Under the pieces are notes generated by a model that did no database searches, was not told the origin of the DNA, and saw nothing but the letters and a program-made list of their open reading frames with translations. The translations under genes and the position numbers were made by a program. From Mobula hypostoma (lineage: Eukaryota), in the NCBI RefSeq assembly GCF_963921235.1, contig NC_086097.1:212910001-212974000 (forward strand): a stretch of DNA of 64,000 nucleotides, given 5' to 3'. Positions within the stretch are counted from its first letter, which is position 1, and the number at the start of each line of letters is the position of its first letter. Positions 25,220 to 37,379 of the stretch are shown in pieces.

Positions 25220-25710
25220 CGCCCCATTGCATGAATGATGTGGAAGCTTTGGAAAGGGAACAGACGCAGTTTACCCAGAACGCTGCCTGGGTTAGTGGGT
25301 ATGAGGAACAAGGAGAGGGTGGACAAAGTTGGGTTGTTTTCTCTGGAGTGTTGGATAGAAGCTTATAAAATTATGAGGGGTATTGATAGGGTAGACAATC
25401 AGAATCTTATTCCCCAATGTAGAAATGTCAAATGCTAGAGGAGGTACATTTAAGGTGAAATTTAAATAAGATGTGTGGATCAGGTATTTACAAAGAAGGT
25501 GCATGGAACTGGCTGACAGGGATAGTGGTGGAAGCAGTTAAAATAGTGATGTTTATGAGGGCTTCAGATGGGCACATGAATAGGCAGGTAACAGAGGAAT
25601 CTGCATCCTGTGCACGCAGAAGAGATTTAGTTTAATTTAACATCATGCATAGCGTGGAGATTGTGAGCCAAAGGGACTGTTCCATACTATACTGTTCTTT
25701 GTTCTCTGAT
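25220..25710 (+). mobile_element. CR1 3' fragment
   Basis: LFSLE..IEAYKIMRGIDRVD motif. Confidence 0.85.
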
Positions 25711-26090
25711 CAATAGCAATGTCTCTGCTCCTGATAATTTGGGAATAAAAATAAGTGAGGAATGAAAATACCAGCCATAAATCATTCTGCTATAGAGGCT
25801 CTTCTACTTCTCCTTACCTGAGGAATATTAAAATCCTCGAAACAGTTCGCCCCTGATCTGTGGCAACTTGGCAATGACCATCTGAGATTTGATATGCAGG
25901 CCCCAGGTTACCACATGCCATCTGCAGTAAATCTACAACTTCCAGTTGACAAATGATTCCTCGATGCAATATTCTCTTCTCCATTGCAAGCATACAGTAT
26001 TGAAATTTGGTTCGTTTGGAGGTTGGATAAAAAGAATGGTTATCTTTTCCCAGATGTCCACCATGTTAAAGCCTATGAAAGCACACAAAG

Positions 26091-26740
26091 TGGAGGATTA
26101 CAGATACCTGGAGACACAAATTGACAATAAACTGGACTAGTCAACGAACACTGAGGCTGTCTACAAGAAGGGTCAGAGCCATATCTATTTCCTGAGGAGA
26201 CTGAGGTCCTCTAACATCTGTCGGACGATGTTGAGGATGTTCTACGATTCTGTGGTGGCCAGTGCTATCATGTTTGCTGTTGTGTGCTGGGGCAGCAGGC
26301 TGAGGGTAGCAGACACCAACAGAATCAACAAACTCATTCGTAAGGCCAGTGATGTTGTGGGGATGAAACTGGATTCTCTGACGGTGGTGTCTGAAAAGAG
26401 GATGCTGTCCAAGTTGCATGCCATCTTGGACAATGTCTCCCATCCACTACATAATGTACTGGTTGGGCACAGGAGTACATTCAGCCAGAGACTCATTCCA
26501 CCGAGGTGCAACACAGAGCGTCATAGGAAGTCATTCCTGCCTGGGGCCATCAAACTTTACAACTCCTCCCCTGGAGGGTCAGACACCCTGAGTCAATAGG
26601 CTGGTCCTGGACTTATTTCCTGGCATAATTTACATATTACTATTTAATTATTTCTGGCTTATTACTATTTAATTATTTTTGGTGCAACTGTAACGAAAAC
26701 CAATTTCCCCCAGGATCAATAAAGTATGACTATGACTATG
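26091..26740 (+). mobile_element. Young 5'-truncated Rex1 LINE
   Basis: MLRMFYDSVVASAIMFAVVCWG..RCNTERHRKSFLP; AATAAA + (TATGAC)3 tail; TSD ACAAAG at 26085-90 and 26741-46. Confidence 0.95.
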
Positions 26741-27079
26741 ACAAAGAAGAATGGGGTATCAAGTTAATGAACTTAGATATGATTTAAAAGCAACACTGCA
26801 TTTTAGTGTTACAGTTTGACTTGAAACAATTTGCTACCATCTCTAAAAATTGCAAAAAGGGCTAAGGATGCTTCTTCCAGGTATTTAACCTGCCAAGAAG
26901 AAAAGTCAAGGTAAATACATATCTCTAGTGTCTAGGGCTTCATCAACTTGCATTTAGCACTCATTACTTAAGTCCAAGAAATCTGGGTTGATTTTGCTTT
27001 CTAAAATTCATAAGACATAGAAGCAGAATTAGGCATTTGGCCCATCAAGTTTGATCCACCATTTGATCACTGATGAACG

Positions 27080-27395
27080 TTTTCCAGAACGAGGGGTCAC
27101 AGTTTGAGGATAGAGGGGAAGCCTTTTAGGACCGAGATTAGGAAAAACTTCTTCACACAGAGAGTGGTGAATCTGTGGAATTCTCTGCCACAGCAAACTG
27201 TTGAGGCCGGTTCATTGGCTGTGTTTAAGAGGAAGTTAGATATGGCCCTTGTGGCTACAGGGGTCAGGGGGTATGGAGGGAAGGCTGGGTTCTGAGTTGG
27301 ATGATCAGCCATGATCATAATAAATGGCGGTGCAGGCTCGAAGGGCCGAATGGCCTACTCCTGCACCTATTTTCTATGTTTTCTATGTTTCTATG
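27080..27395 (+). mobile_element. Young CR1 3' end
   Basis: RKNFFTQRVVNLWNSLP; (TTTCTATG)n tail. Confidence 0.95.
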
Positions 27396-29369
27396 AAATG
27401 ACCATTTGTTCATATTTTATTTGTATTCTCTGGAAAATATGACAATGTTGTGGAAAACACCAATGCTCTCAGACAGTCAACATTTACAAATGCCACTGTT
27501 AGATCACGCTAAATTCTAGTTTCATTTACTGAAAGATTAGAAATGCTATCATGAGCCTAGATCTAAGTGGAGTTTTATTACCTAAGAAGTGACTTTTTTT
27601 TGTTACCTATAGTTCATGCATTTTAGACTACACACCTGGCGTATGGACAACCCATACATAAGAACAAGGATTTGGGAGACTGATGGGTTGGACGTGGATA
27701 GATTTGTTGGGGCCGCAGGCATCTTCTGCTGGGTGGGAATGGGACAGTTCTCTGTGCCTTCACTCCACACCATCTCCCACTTGAGCCAAAACAATCGACA
27801 GCTAGGTTAAGCAGAGCTGGGAGCACTGAACAGATCCACTCGTTCACTCACTGAACCAGTGAGGCCAAATGACGACCACTCTTCCCATGACCACTCACCC
27901 TCCTGTCAGAATTGCTTCTGTAATTCTTTCCCATGCATGATTTTGTTCATTTCCAACTTAGTAACAGTTTAGAATATGAACAGTTCTCAGGAACAGAGCA
28001 CCAGACCTACCTACACATAGCTTATACATTTCCCTTTTACCTCTACATATATGCCTGTATGTATAAAAACTGGAGCTTGCAAAATTTGAATTATTCTTCT
28101 CAGGTTCTGGCATTGGATCAGGTAAATTTTTATTTTAAACTTTACCTGATGCTGGCAAAGTTCCAATACAGAAAATTTTATAAGAAATTAGAATCAACTG
28201 CAACTACTTGGTTAGTAATCATAACTTTGTCCAATGAGTTGGAAATTTTTTATATTTTATTTAGTTATTTTAAATAAATAATAATTTTTTTCTAATTATA
28301 TGTATTTTTTTTCAGTCTTTAGCATTTATTTAGAATTTACAGTATATTTCATTCATATGTAAACATTACTTATTCAATTCCATAAGTGTTATTGTAAGTA
28401 TTGTTACCGAGCCATTCATCCACAGTCAAATTTACTTCATTTGAGTAACTGAAATAAATATTGTATGCAGAGTACAGTCTACTGATGTAAGCAAACAACA
28501 CATTTAGCACATGATTTGGGATGAATTTTGAAACAATTATCTGCTAGATATTAATATCTTACAGTGTTGAAGTTGTTGTTAGTTTAGCTCAAGTCTTAGA
28601 TAGTTTGGTAAGCAGGTTACTACAAATAGAGTAATTGCCAATGAATGATACTGCCAAGGGAAACGTGCACAGGTGCCACTGCATTAACTCCACAGAAAAT
28701 TGTTTGCTTTTAGAAAATGAGACCATTAGCTTGAGATATAGTAGTCTAGGTGAAAAATAATATGGGAGTGTGATAGACTCTCAACTTCCATTAAATTTTT
28801 GTTTTTCTTTTATTTCAGACAACTTATCATACCAAACACGGATCTGCATGCTTTACCTCACAGCTGAAGTGCCCGGGGATCTGTTGATCAGAGTTCCTCC
28901 ATTTAATTGAACAATGCTAGTGCAGGAATTGAAGTCAAATTACAGGAGATGAAAGCTTGAAAATAGTGACAGAACAGCAGGCATATTCCTACTGAGGAGT
29001 CCACTACCAGCATGTGCTGTACCTTGGTGGACAATTTCACACTGCGGGCTACAATGGGACATGTAACGGCTCTGATGTGATTGTAGCAGAGAGACCATCT
29101 TGACTTTCCTATACCACTGGTCAAACAACTACCATAGGAACCATGAGTGCCAAACTGAGGATACCAAGACAATGATCTAGGACCTCAGGATAACACTACC
29201 TGTGCATCCTTCTACCATTTTTTCTAGATCCTTGCAGCTACAACAAACAGGAGGCATAAGGTATATTCTGCAATGGACATACCTCAAAATTTTGCTGCCT
29301 TGAGTCTCAAGTTTTCATCTGACCATGTACCTTCTCATCTAGATGGCTTGCTAGAAAGGAGTTTGTTTA

Positions 29370-30345
29370 TGATTAACAGACCAGACATACATTGGCATCA
29401 AGGTGAAGCGTGGGTGATGAACAAAAGGTCCATTATGAATAATTGCAGCACAAGAATAATTTTTGACTGCTTCTGTGAGATATGGAAATGGAAGTGGGTG
29501 AAACAGAGCTAGAACATGGCATGGCAGGGCAAACCACTGCATAGGATATACCATCACCAGATATCAGAGGTGGCTGACAAAACAAAGTCCTACCACTGGC
29601 TGGAAATGGCAGGGCCTAGGAACAGCATAGAGACGCTGCTCATGGCTGCACAAGAGTAGGCGCTGTGCACGAGAGCAACAGAAGCAAGGGTCTATCACAC
29701 CAGACAAGACCCAAGATGCAGACCGTGTGTAAGGAATCTGCTGAAACCATCCAGCACATAGTAGCAGGGTGCAAGATGCAGACAGAACAGCATTCACTGA
29801 ATGGCACAACCTTGCAGGAATTGTGTACAGGAATATCTGCACTGAGTATGGACTGGACATTCCCAAATCCAAATGGGAAACACCCGAGAAGGTCATGGAG
29901 AATGACAAAGCTAAGATCTTGTGGGACTTCAAATACAGATTGATAAACAGGTACTGGCCAGCAAACCAGACACAGGAATATTGGACAAGGAAATAAGAAA
30001 CAGTAGTAATGGATGTGGCAATCCCAAATGACAGTAACATTAGGAAGAAAGAACATGAGAATCTGGAGAAATACCAGTGCTTGAAAGAGTGGATAGAAAC
30101 ATTGTGGAAGGTTAAAGCCAGAGTAATCCAGTGGTGATAGAAGCACTTGGAGCTGTGATCCCTGAACCATGAGAGTGGCTCCAACAAATCCCAAGAACAA
30201 CTCTGAGATCTGGTCCAAAAGAACGCACTACTGAGAACATCAAGGATAGGGCACCGAACCCTCAAGCCCCCGGCCTCTGGTAGAGGACCTGGGATTGAGG
30301 GAAAAATACACATGCACATCACCCATAAGGGGTGAGAAAAATTAT
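29370..30345 (+). mobile_element. R4/Rex6(Dong)-like REL-endonuclease LINE, degraded 3' part
   Basis: CR.CKESAETIQHIVAGC zinc knuckle; HN.AGIVYRNICTEYGLDIPKSKWETPEKVMENDKAKILWDF; DVAIP.D...KE..KY endonuclease motif. Confidence 0.88.
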
Positions 30346-30354
30346 ATATAAAAA

Positions 30355-31425
30355 ATAGCAGAATCCCCAGTACAGATTGCTGCAGAACACCACTAGTCAC
30401 AGATCTCCAGCCAAAATAAGTCCCAGCTACTAACACCCTCTGTGTTTTTTATGGACAAGACAATCTTAAATCCAAACAGCCAAGTCGTCATAAATCCCAT
30501 GCATCTTAATTTTCTGGATGAGCCTGCCATGAGAGACCTTGTCAAATACTTTACTAAAATCCATGTAAGCAACGTCCACAGATCTTACTTCACCTTCATC
30601 GCCTCTTTCAAAAGCTCAGTCAAGTTAATAAGACTCGACATGCTTGGCACAAAGCCATGCTGACTATTCCCAATTACACCATGGTTTTCTATATGCTCAT
30701 AAATCCTATTCCTAAAGGTCCACTCCAATAGCTTCTCTACCACTGATGTGTGACTCAACAGTCTATAGTTTCCAGGAGTAACTTTATTTTCTTTCTTGCG
30801 TAACAGAGCAACCTTAGCCACTTGCCATCCTCAAAGATCTCACCTGTGGCTAGAGAGGACCTGAAACTCTTGGGCATGGTCCCAATAGTCTGGATGGTGC
30901 TCGGGAGGCTGTATCGGAGGGGCTGGTCAGAGGCTCGAAGTATTTGGACGAACTCATTCGGCTGTGGTCAGGTGCTTCCAATGCATCGGCAGTTGTCACT
31001 TGTTGGTGCCTGGAGGTTTGTGGCAGGGGAGTTTCTCCCTTTTTGCTGCCTGCTATTGGGGACTATAAGAGTCGATCAGGACTTGAGACTTTTTTTTTTA
31101 CCATGCCCATGGTCTGTTCTTTATCAAATTATGGTATTGTTTTGCACTGCTGTAACTATATGTTATAATTATGTGGTTCTGTCAGTGTTAGTCTTTGGTT
31201 TGTCCTGTTTTTGTGTGATATCACTCTGGAGGAACATTGTATCATTTCTTAATGCATGCATTTCTAAATGACAATAAACGAGGACTGAATGTCCTCACAA
31301 TCTAAACTAATAGTCTCATCCTTTGCTTCTCTCGATAACCTTGGGTATATCCCATCAGGCCCTGGGGATTTATCCACTATAATTTTTTTTTGATCCAAAA
31401 CCGTCTCTTTCTTTATCTCAAAATG
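30355..31425 (-). mobile_element. CR1 RT fragment interrupted by a non-autonomous element
   Basis: PGNYRLLSHTSVVEKLLE, SQHGFV, VTSGVLQ motifs. Confidence 0.88.
30892..31308 (+). mobile_element. 5'-truncated copy of the non-autonomous element at 60738-61403
   Basis: High similarity to about 61000-61403; 8-bp TSD AATAGTCT at 30884-91 and 31309-16; GAGGAC/GTCCTC 3' stem-loop. Confidence 0.9.
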
Positions 31426-31519
31426 TTGCTGACTCCTACCCTCAGCTGCTTAGGCTGCTGGGTGTTAGGGATTATTCTAGAATTATAAATGACATTGGTG
31501 TAAAAATGGTTGTTGTGAT

Positions 31520-32126
31520 GCATCTAGTGTGGTCATGTAGTGGTTAGTACTTGTTGCTTTCACTTTCAGCTCCCACCGCTAGCTAGCAGTCTTGTGAAAA
31601 AGAGAGCTGAATGTGTAAGTGCCTCCCTGTCAGTACATTGCTTGTGCAACAGCAAGCCTCATATAGTGCCTCCTCTCTGGCAACGCACGGAAACCGAACT
31701 CCTTTTGGACTCAGGCTGAACTACGGAGGACAGGGAGGAGGTCTGGCCCCTGCACACATAGCATTCAGGCCCACCGGTGTGTGGACACGCCCTGGTGCTT
31801 GTGAACCAGATCCCCATCTGTGGATAAATAGCCGACTGCCTTGTGGATAGCCCTGGGAGAGACGAAGGCTACGGTAGTAAACACAGACAGCAAATCCGGA
31901 GTGGAGCCTCTAAGGCATCTGAACATCATTGAATATCCTTCTGGCAACTTCCGCAGCCGAACTGATGCCAAGTGTATTGCTTCATAAGCTTTCCTTTTGA
32001 CTACACTGGTGAGGCCAAGAGGGGGATCTTGACGACTGGGCATTTCAGGATCTCCATACCTTTTGCCTAGGCTTGTGATGATGATCATCATCACCCATTG
32101 TCCTTCGAGACCACCACCGTCATCAT
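31520..32126 (+). mobile_element. ORF-less retroelement (RTE-5'UTR-like) carrying an HDV-like ribozyme
   Basis: GC-rich island with a ribozyme fold, an RTE-UTR-like AAATCCGGAGTGGAG motif and a TGA/TCA-repeat 3' end; family and 5' boundary are inferred. Confidence 0.6.
31633..31725 (+). ncRNA. HDV-like (nested double-pseudoknot) self-cleaving ribozyme, partly decayed
   Basis: P1 GTACATT(31633-39)/AACGCAC(31682-88); J1/2 hairpin GCTTG/CAAGC; P2 TATAGT(31662-67)/ACTACG(31720-25); P3 GCC/GGC; L3 TCCTCTCT; P1.1 CC/GG(31689-90); P4 hairpin; J4/2 CTGA with catalytic C at 31716. Confidence 0.8.
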
Positions 32127-33499
32127 AAATGATATTAATTAAAATGAGGACATAAGAGACTGCAAAACCAGTCTTCAGAATATAAAACCTGCTCACAATT
32201 TATCTTCAACTGCTATGTTAGGGCTATTTAAACCAACCAGTGGGTGTAGGATATCTTGATTCTGTACAATTGCATATGCTATCAATGTAAGTATGTAATT
32301 CTGAAAAAATACATTTCTACTTCCAAAATGTTAAAAACAAGAAGGTGATTATAGCCCACTGAAGCTGTAATTAATCACTTATTATTGTCTTTGTGTTCAA
32401 AAAGTATAAAAATTTATGAAAGAAGAGCAGAACTGGATTCTCTCTGGAAGATCTGCTACATTAAATAAGGCTTTTTTTAATTTCCCAGTTACAGATTGCA
32501 TGTGGTCAGTTCAGTCAGTCCCAACACTCAGACTGCAGTATGTTACAGCAGAAGAGGTGTTGCAATGTTAAGATGTATGAATGTAAACAATTCTCCAGGT
32601 CCAGTGAGTCAGAATCAGAACCAGGTTTCCTTATCACTGTATGTCCTGAAATATGTTGTTCGGTGGCAGCAGTACGGTGCAAGATATATGTATTACCATA
32701 AGTTACAAATACATAAATAATTAAATGGAGCACAAGAGGAATAATGATGTATGTCCAAGAGCACTGTGGGAAGTTAATGAAGTAACTGTGGGAACCCTTG
32801 TGAGATATTTGCAAAATTGCTACCCTCTGGTGAGGTGCTGAAAGACTGGAGCAGAGCAAATCATATGCCTTTATTTCTGTGCAGTACGGATAGACCTGGT
32901 AATTATAGACCCATTAACCTAATAAACCCTGGTAGGTAAGATCCTGGTAAGCATTCTGAGGGATAAGGTATACCTACATTTGCAAGGACAAGGGATTGAT
33001 TAGGGGTAGACAGCATGGCTTCACACGTGAGAGGTCTTGGCTTACAAATTTAATGAACACTTTTGGTGTAATGACGAAGAGAGGAGGGCAGAAAGCATGG
33101 CATGTATGGATTCTAGAAAGGGTTTTGTTAAAGTTCCACATGGCAAACTGTCCTGGAAGGTTAGATCACAAGGCATCCAAGGACAGGATACAAAATTGGC
33201 TGGATAGTAGGAAACAGAGGGTGATGGTTGGGGGACGTTTCTGAGACTGGAGGACTGTGACCAGTGGGGTGCTCTGGGCTCAGCCCAGGGCGAATGATTA
33301 TTTGTCATCTATGTTAAAAACTTAGATGAGTATATACGAGGAACAGCTAGTACATTTGCAAATGATGTTTAAATGAGTGGTGTTGCAGACCGAATTGCAG
33401 CAGGATCTTTATCATCTGGGCAGGTAGACTGAGGAACGGCAAACAGAATTTATTTCAGATATTGTTTAAATAGTACAGGCCCTTCGGCCCACAATGTTG

Positions 33500-36310
33500 T
33501 GCCGACCCGGAAACCCTACCTCCCTTATAACCCCCCACCTTAGATTCCTCCATATACCTGTCTAGTAGTCTCTTAAACTTCACTAGTGTATCTGCCTCCA
33601 CCACTGACTCAGGCAGTGCATTCCACGCACCAACCACTCTCTGAGTAAAAAACCTTCCTCTAATATCCCCCTTGAACTTTCCACCCCTTACCTTAAAGCC
33701 ATGTCCTCTTGTATTGAGCAGTGGTGCCCTGGGGAAGAGGTGCTGGCTGTCCACTCTATCTATTCCTCTTAATATCTTCTACACCTCTATCATGTCTCCT
33801 CTCATCCTCCTTCTCTCCAAAGAGAAAAGCCCTAGCTCCCTTAATCTCTGATCATAATGCATACTTTCTAAACCAGGCAGCATTCTGGTAAATATCCTCT
33901 GTACCCTTTCCAATGCTTCCACATCCTTCCTATAGTGAGGCGATCAGAACTGGACACAGTACTCCAAGTGTGGCCTAACCAGAGTTTCATAGAGCTGCAT
34001 CATTACATCGCGACTCTTAAACTCTATCCCCTGACTTATGAAAGCTAACACCCCATAAGCTTTCTTAACTACCTTATCCACCTGTGAGGCAACTTTCAGG
34101 GATCTGTGGACATGTACCCCCAGATCCCTCTGCTCCTCCACACTACCAAGTATTCTGCCATTTACTGTGTACTCTGCCTGGAGTTTGTCCTTCCAAAGTG
34201 TATCACCTCACACTTCTCCGGGTTGAACTCCATCTGCCACTTCTCAGCCCACTTCTGCATCCTATCAATGTCTCTCTGCAATCTTCGACAATCCTCTACA
34301 CTATCTACAACACCACCAACCTTTGTGTCATCTGTAAACTTGCCAACCCACCCTTCTACCCTCAAATCCAGGTCGTTAATAAAAATCACAAAAAGTAGAG
34401 GTCCCAGAACAGATCCTTGTGGGACACCACTAGTCACAATCCTCCAATCTGAATGTACTCCCTCCACCATGACCCTCTGCCTTCTGCAGGCAAGCCAATT
34501 CTGAATCCACCTGGCCAAACTTCCCTGGATCCCATGCCTTCTGACTTTCTGAATAAGCCTACCTTGTAGAACCTTGTCAAATGCCTTACTAAAATCCATA
34601 TAGATCACATCCACTACACTACCCTCATCTATATGCCTGGTCACCTCCTCAAGAACTCTATCAGGCTTGTTAGACACGATCTGCCCTTCACAAAGCCATG
34701 CTGACTGACCCTGGTCAGACCATGATTCTCTAAATGCCTATAGATCCTATCTCTAAGAGTCTTTTCCAACAGCTTTCCTACCACAGGCGTAAGGCTCAGC
34801 GGTCTATAATTACCCGGACTATCCCTACTACCTTTGTTGAACAAAGGGACAACATTCACCTCCCTCTAATCCTCCGGTATCATTCTCATGGACAACGAGA
34901 ACATAAAGATCCTAGCCAGAGGCTCAGCAATCTCTTCCCTCGCCTCGTGGAGCAGCCTGGGGAATATTCTGTCAGGCCCTGGGGACTTGTCCGTCCTAAT
35001 GTATCTTAACAACTCCAACACCTCCTCTCCCTTAATATCAACATGCTCCAGAACATCAACCTCACTCATATTGTCCTCACCATCATCAAGTTCCCTCTCA
35101 TTGGTGAATACCGAAGGGAAATATTCATTGAGGACCTCGCTCACTTCCACAGCCTCCAGGCACATCTTCCCACCTTTATCTCTAATCGGTCCTACCTTCA
35201 CTCTTGTCATCCTTTTGTTCTTCACATAACTGAAGAATGCCTTGGGGTTTTCCTTTACCCTACTCGTCAAGGCCTTCTCATGCCCCCTTTTTGCTCTTCT
35301 CAGTCCCTTCTTAAGCTCCTTTCTTGCTTCCCTATGTTCCTCAATAGACCCATCTGATCCTTGCTTCCTAAACCTCATGTATGCTGCCTTCTTCCACCTG
35401 ACTAGATTTTCCACCTCACTTGTCACCCATGGTTCCTTCACCCTACCATTCTTTATCTTCCTCACTGGGACAAATTTATCCCTTACATCCTGCAAGAGAT
35501 CTCTAAACATCGACCATATGTCCATAGTACATTTCCCTGCAAAAACATCATCCCAATTCACACCTGCAAGTTCTAGCCTTATAGCCTCATAATTTGCCCC
35601 TCCCCAATTAAAAATTTTCCTGTCCTCTCTCATTCTATCCTTTTCCTTGAAAATGCAAAAGGCCAGGGAGCGGTGGTCACTGTCCCCCAGATGCTCACCC
35701 ACTGAGAGATCTGTGACCTGACCCGGTTCATTACCTAGTACTAGATCTAGTATGGCATTCCCCCTGGTCGGCCTGTCCACATACTGTGACAGGAATCCGT
35801 CCTGGACACACTTAACAAACTCTGCCCCATCTAAACCCTTGGAACTAATCAGGTGCCAATCAATATTAGGGAAGTTAAAGTCACCCATGATAACAACCCT
35901 GTTTTTTTGCACCTTTCCAAAATCTGCCTCCCAGTCTGCTCCTCTGTATCTCTGCTGCTACCAGGGGGCCTATAGAATACTCCCAGTAGAATAACTGCTC
36001 CGTTACTGTTCCTGACTTCCACCCATACTGACTCAAAAGAGGATCCTGCTACATTACCCACCCTTTTTGTAGCTGTAATAGTATCCCTGACCAGTAGTGT
36101 CACCCCTCCACCCCTTTTTCTGACCTCTCTATCCCTTTTAAAGCACTGAAATCCAGGAATACTGTATTGAGAATCCATTCCTGCCCTGGTGCCAGCCAAG
36201 TCTCTGTAATGGCCACTACATCATAATTCCATGTATGTATCCAAGCTCTCAGTTCATCACCTTTGTTCCTGATGCTTCTTGCATTGAGGTACACACACTT
36301 CAGCCCTTCT
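33500..36310 (-). pseudogene. CR1 ORF2: APE endonuclease + reverse transcriptase, several frameshifts/stops
   Basis: YLNARSIRNK, AITETW, YRPP, MGDFNFP, SDH, DFSKAFDKV, QGSVLGP, FTDDTK in consecutive ORF pieces. Confidence 0.95.
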
Positions 36311-36533
36311 ACCTTACTACCTTTACACCGTTTATTCTGCTTCTCTTTCCTCAAAGCCTCTCTGTATGTTAGATCTGGCTTTACTCCATGCACTTCTTTC
36401 ACTGCTCTATCGCTCTGGGTCCCATCCCCCTTGCAAATTAGTTTAAACCCTCCCGAACCATGCTAGCAAACCTACCTGCAAAGATATTGCTCCCCCTCGA
36501 GTTCAGGTGCAACCCATCCAATCAGTACAGGTC

Positions 36534-37379
36534 TCACCTTCCCCAGAAGAGATCCCAATGATTCAAAAATCTAAAACCCTGCTCCCTGCACCAATTCCTC
36601 AGCCACACATTCAACTGCCATCTCCTCCAATTCTTACCATTACTGTCACGTAGCACTGGCAGCAATCCTGAGAACCCCACCCTTGAGGTCCTGTTCTTCA
36701 GCCTTCTGCCTGGTTCCCAAAACTCACACTTCAGGACCTCATCCCTCTTCCTGCCTATGTCATTGGTACCAACATGTATCACGAGTTCTGGCTGCTTTCC
36801 CTCTCGTACCAGGATGTCGTGCACCCAGTCAGAGACATCCCGGACCCTGGCACTCAGGAGGCAACAAACCATGCGGGTGTCCTTCTCACGTCCACAAAAT
36901 CTCCTGTCTGCTCCCCTGACTATAGAGTCTCCAATGACGACAGCTCTCCTCTTCTCCGTCCCACCCTTCTGCACCACAGGGTCAGACTCAACGCCGGAGG
37001 CCCTGCCACCATGGCTCACACCTGGTCGGTCATCCCCGCCAACAGTATCCAGGACGGTAAACTTATTATTCAGGGGAATGGCTACAGGGGTGCTCTGCAC
37101 TACCTGTCTGCTCACCTTCGTTTTCCCCCCTCTGACTGTCACCCAACGACTTGCTTCCGACAGCCTAGGTGTGACTACCTCCCTGTAGCTCTCATTTATG
37201 ACTGCCTCATTCTCCCTTATGAGTCGAAGGTCATCCAGCTGCTGCTCCAGATTCCTTACACGGTCTTCCAGATCGCCCAGCCGTATGCATTTCTGGCAGA
37301 TGTGACTCTGCGGGAAAGGGGAGTTCCCCCAAGACTGCCACATCTCACATGAGAGGCACATCACCGTCTCAGGAGACAT
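36534..37379 (-). pseudogene. CR1 ORF1: Cys zinc-finger/leucine zipper + SGNH esterase; premature stop near the C-terminus
   Basis: MSPETVMCLSCEMW..CQKC..LEDRVRNLEQQL; VIGDSIVR; IHVGTNDI; WDLFWGR* then the frame continues to about 36440. Confidence 0.9.

Noticed and set aside
29564..30436. 290-aa minus-strand ORF
   Set aside because: Antisense to the R4/Rex6-like relic and runs into CR1; no independent protein features
34888..37352. Multiple + strand ORFs of 100-190 aa
   Set aside because: Antisense shadows of CR1 ORF1/ORF2
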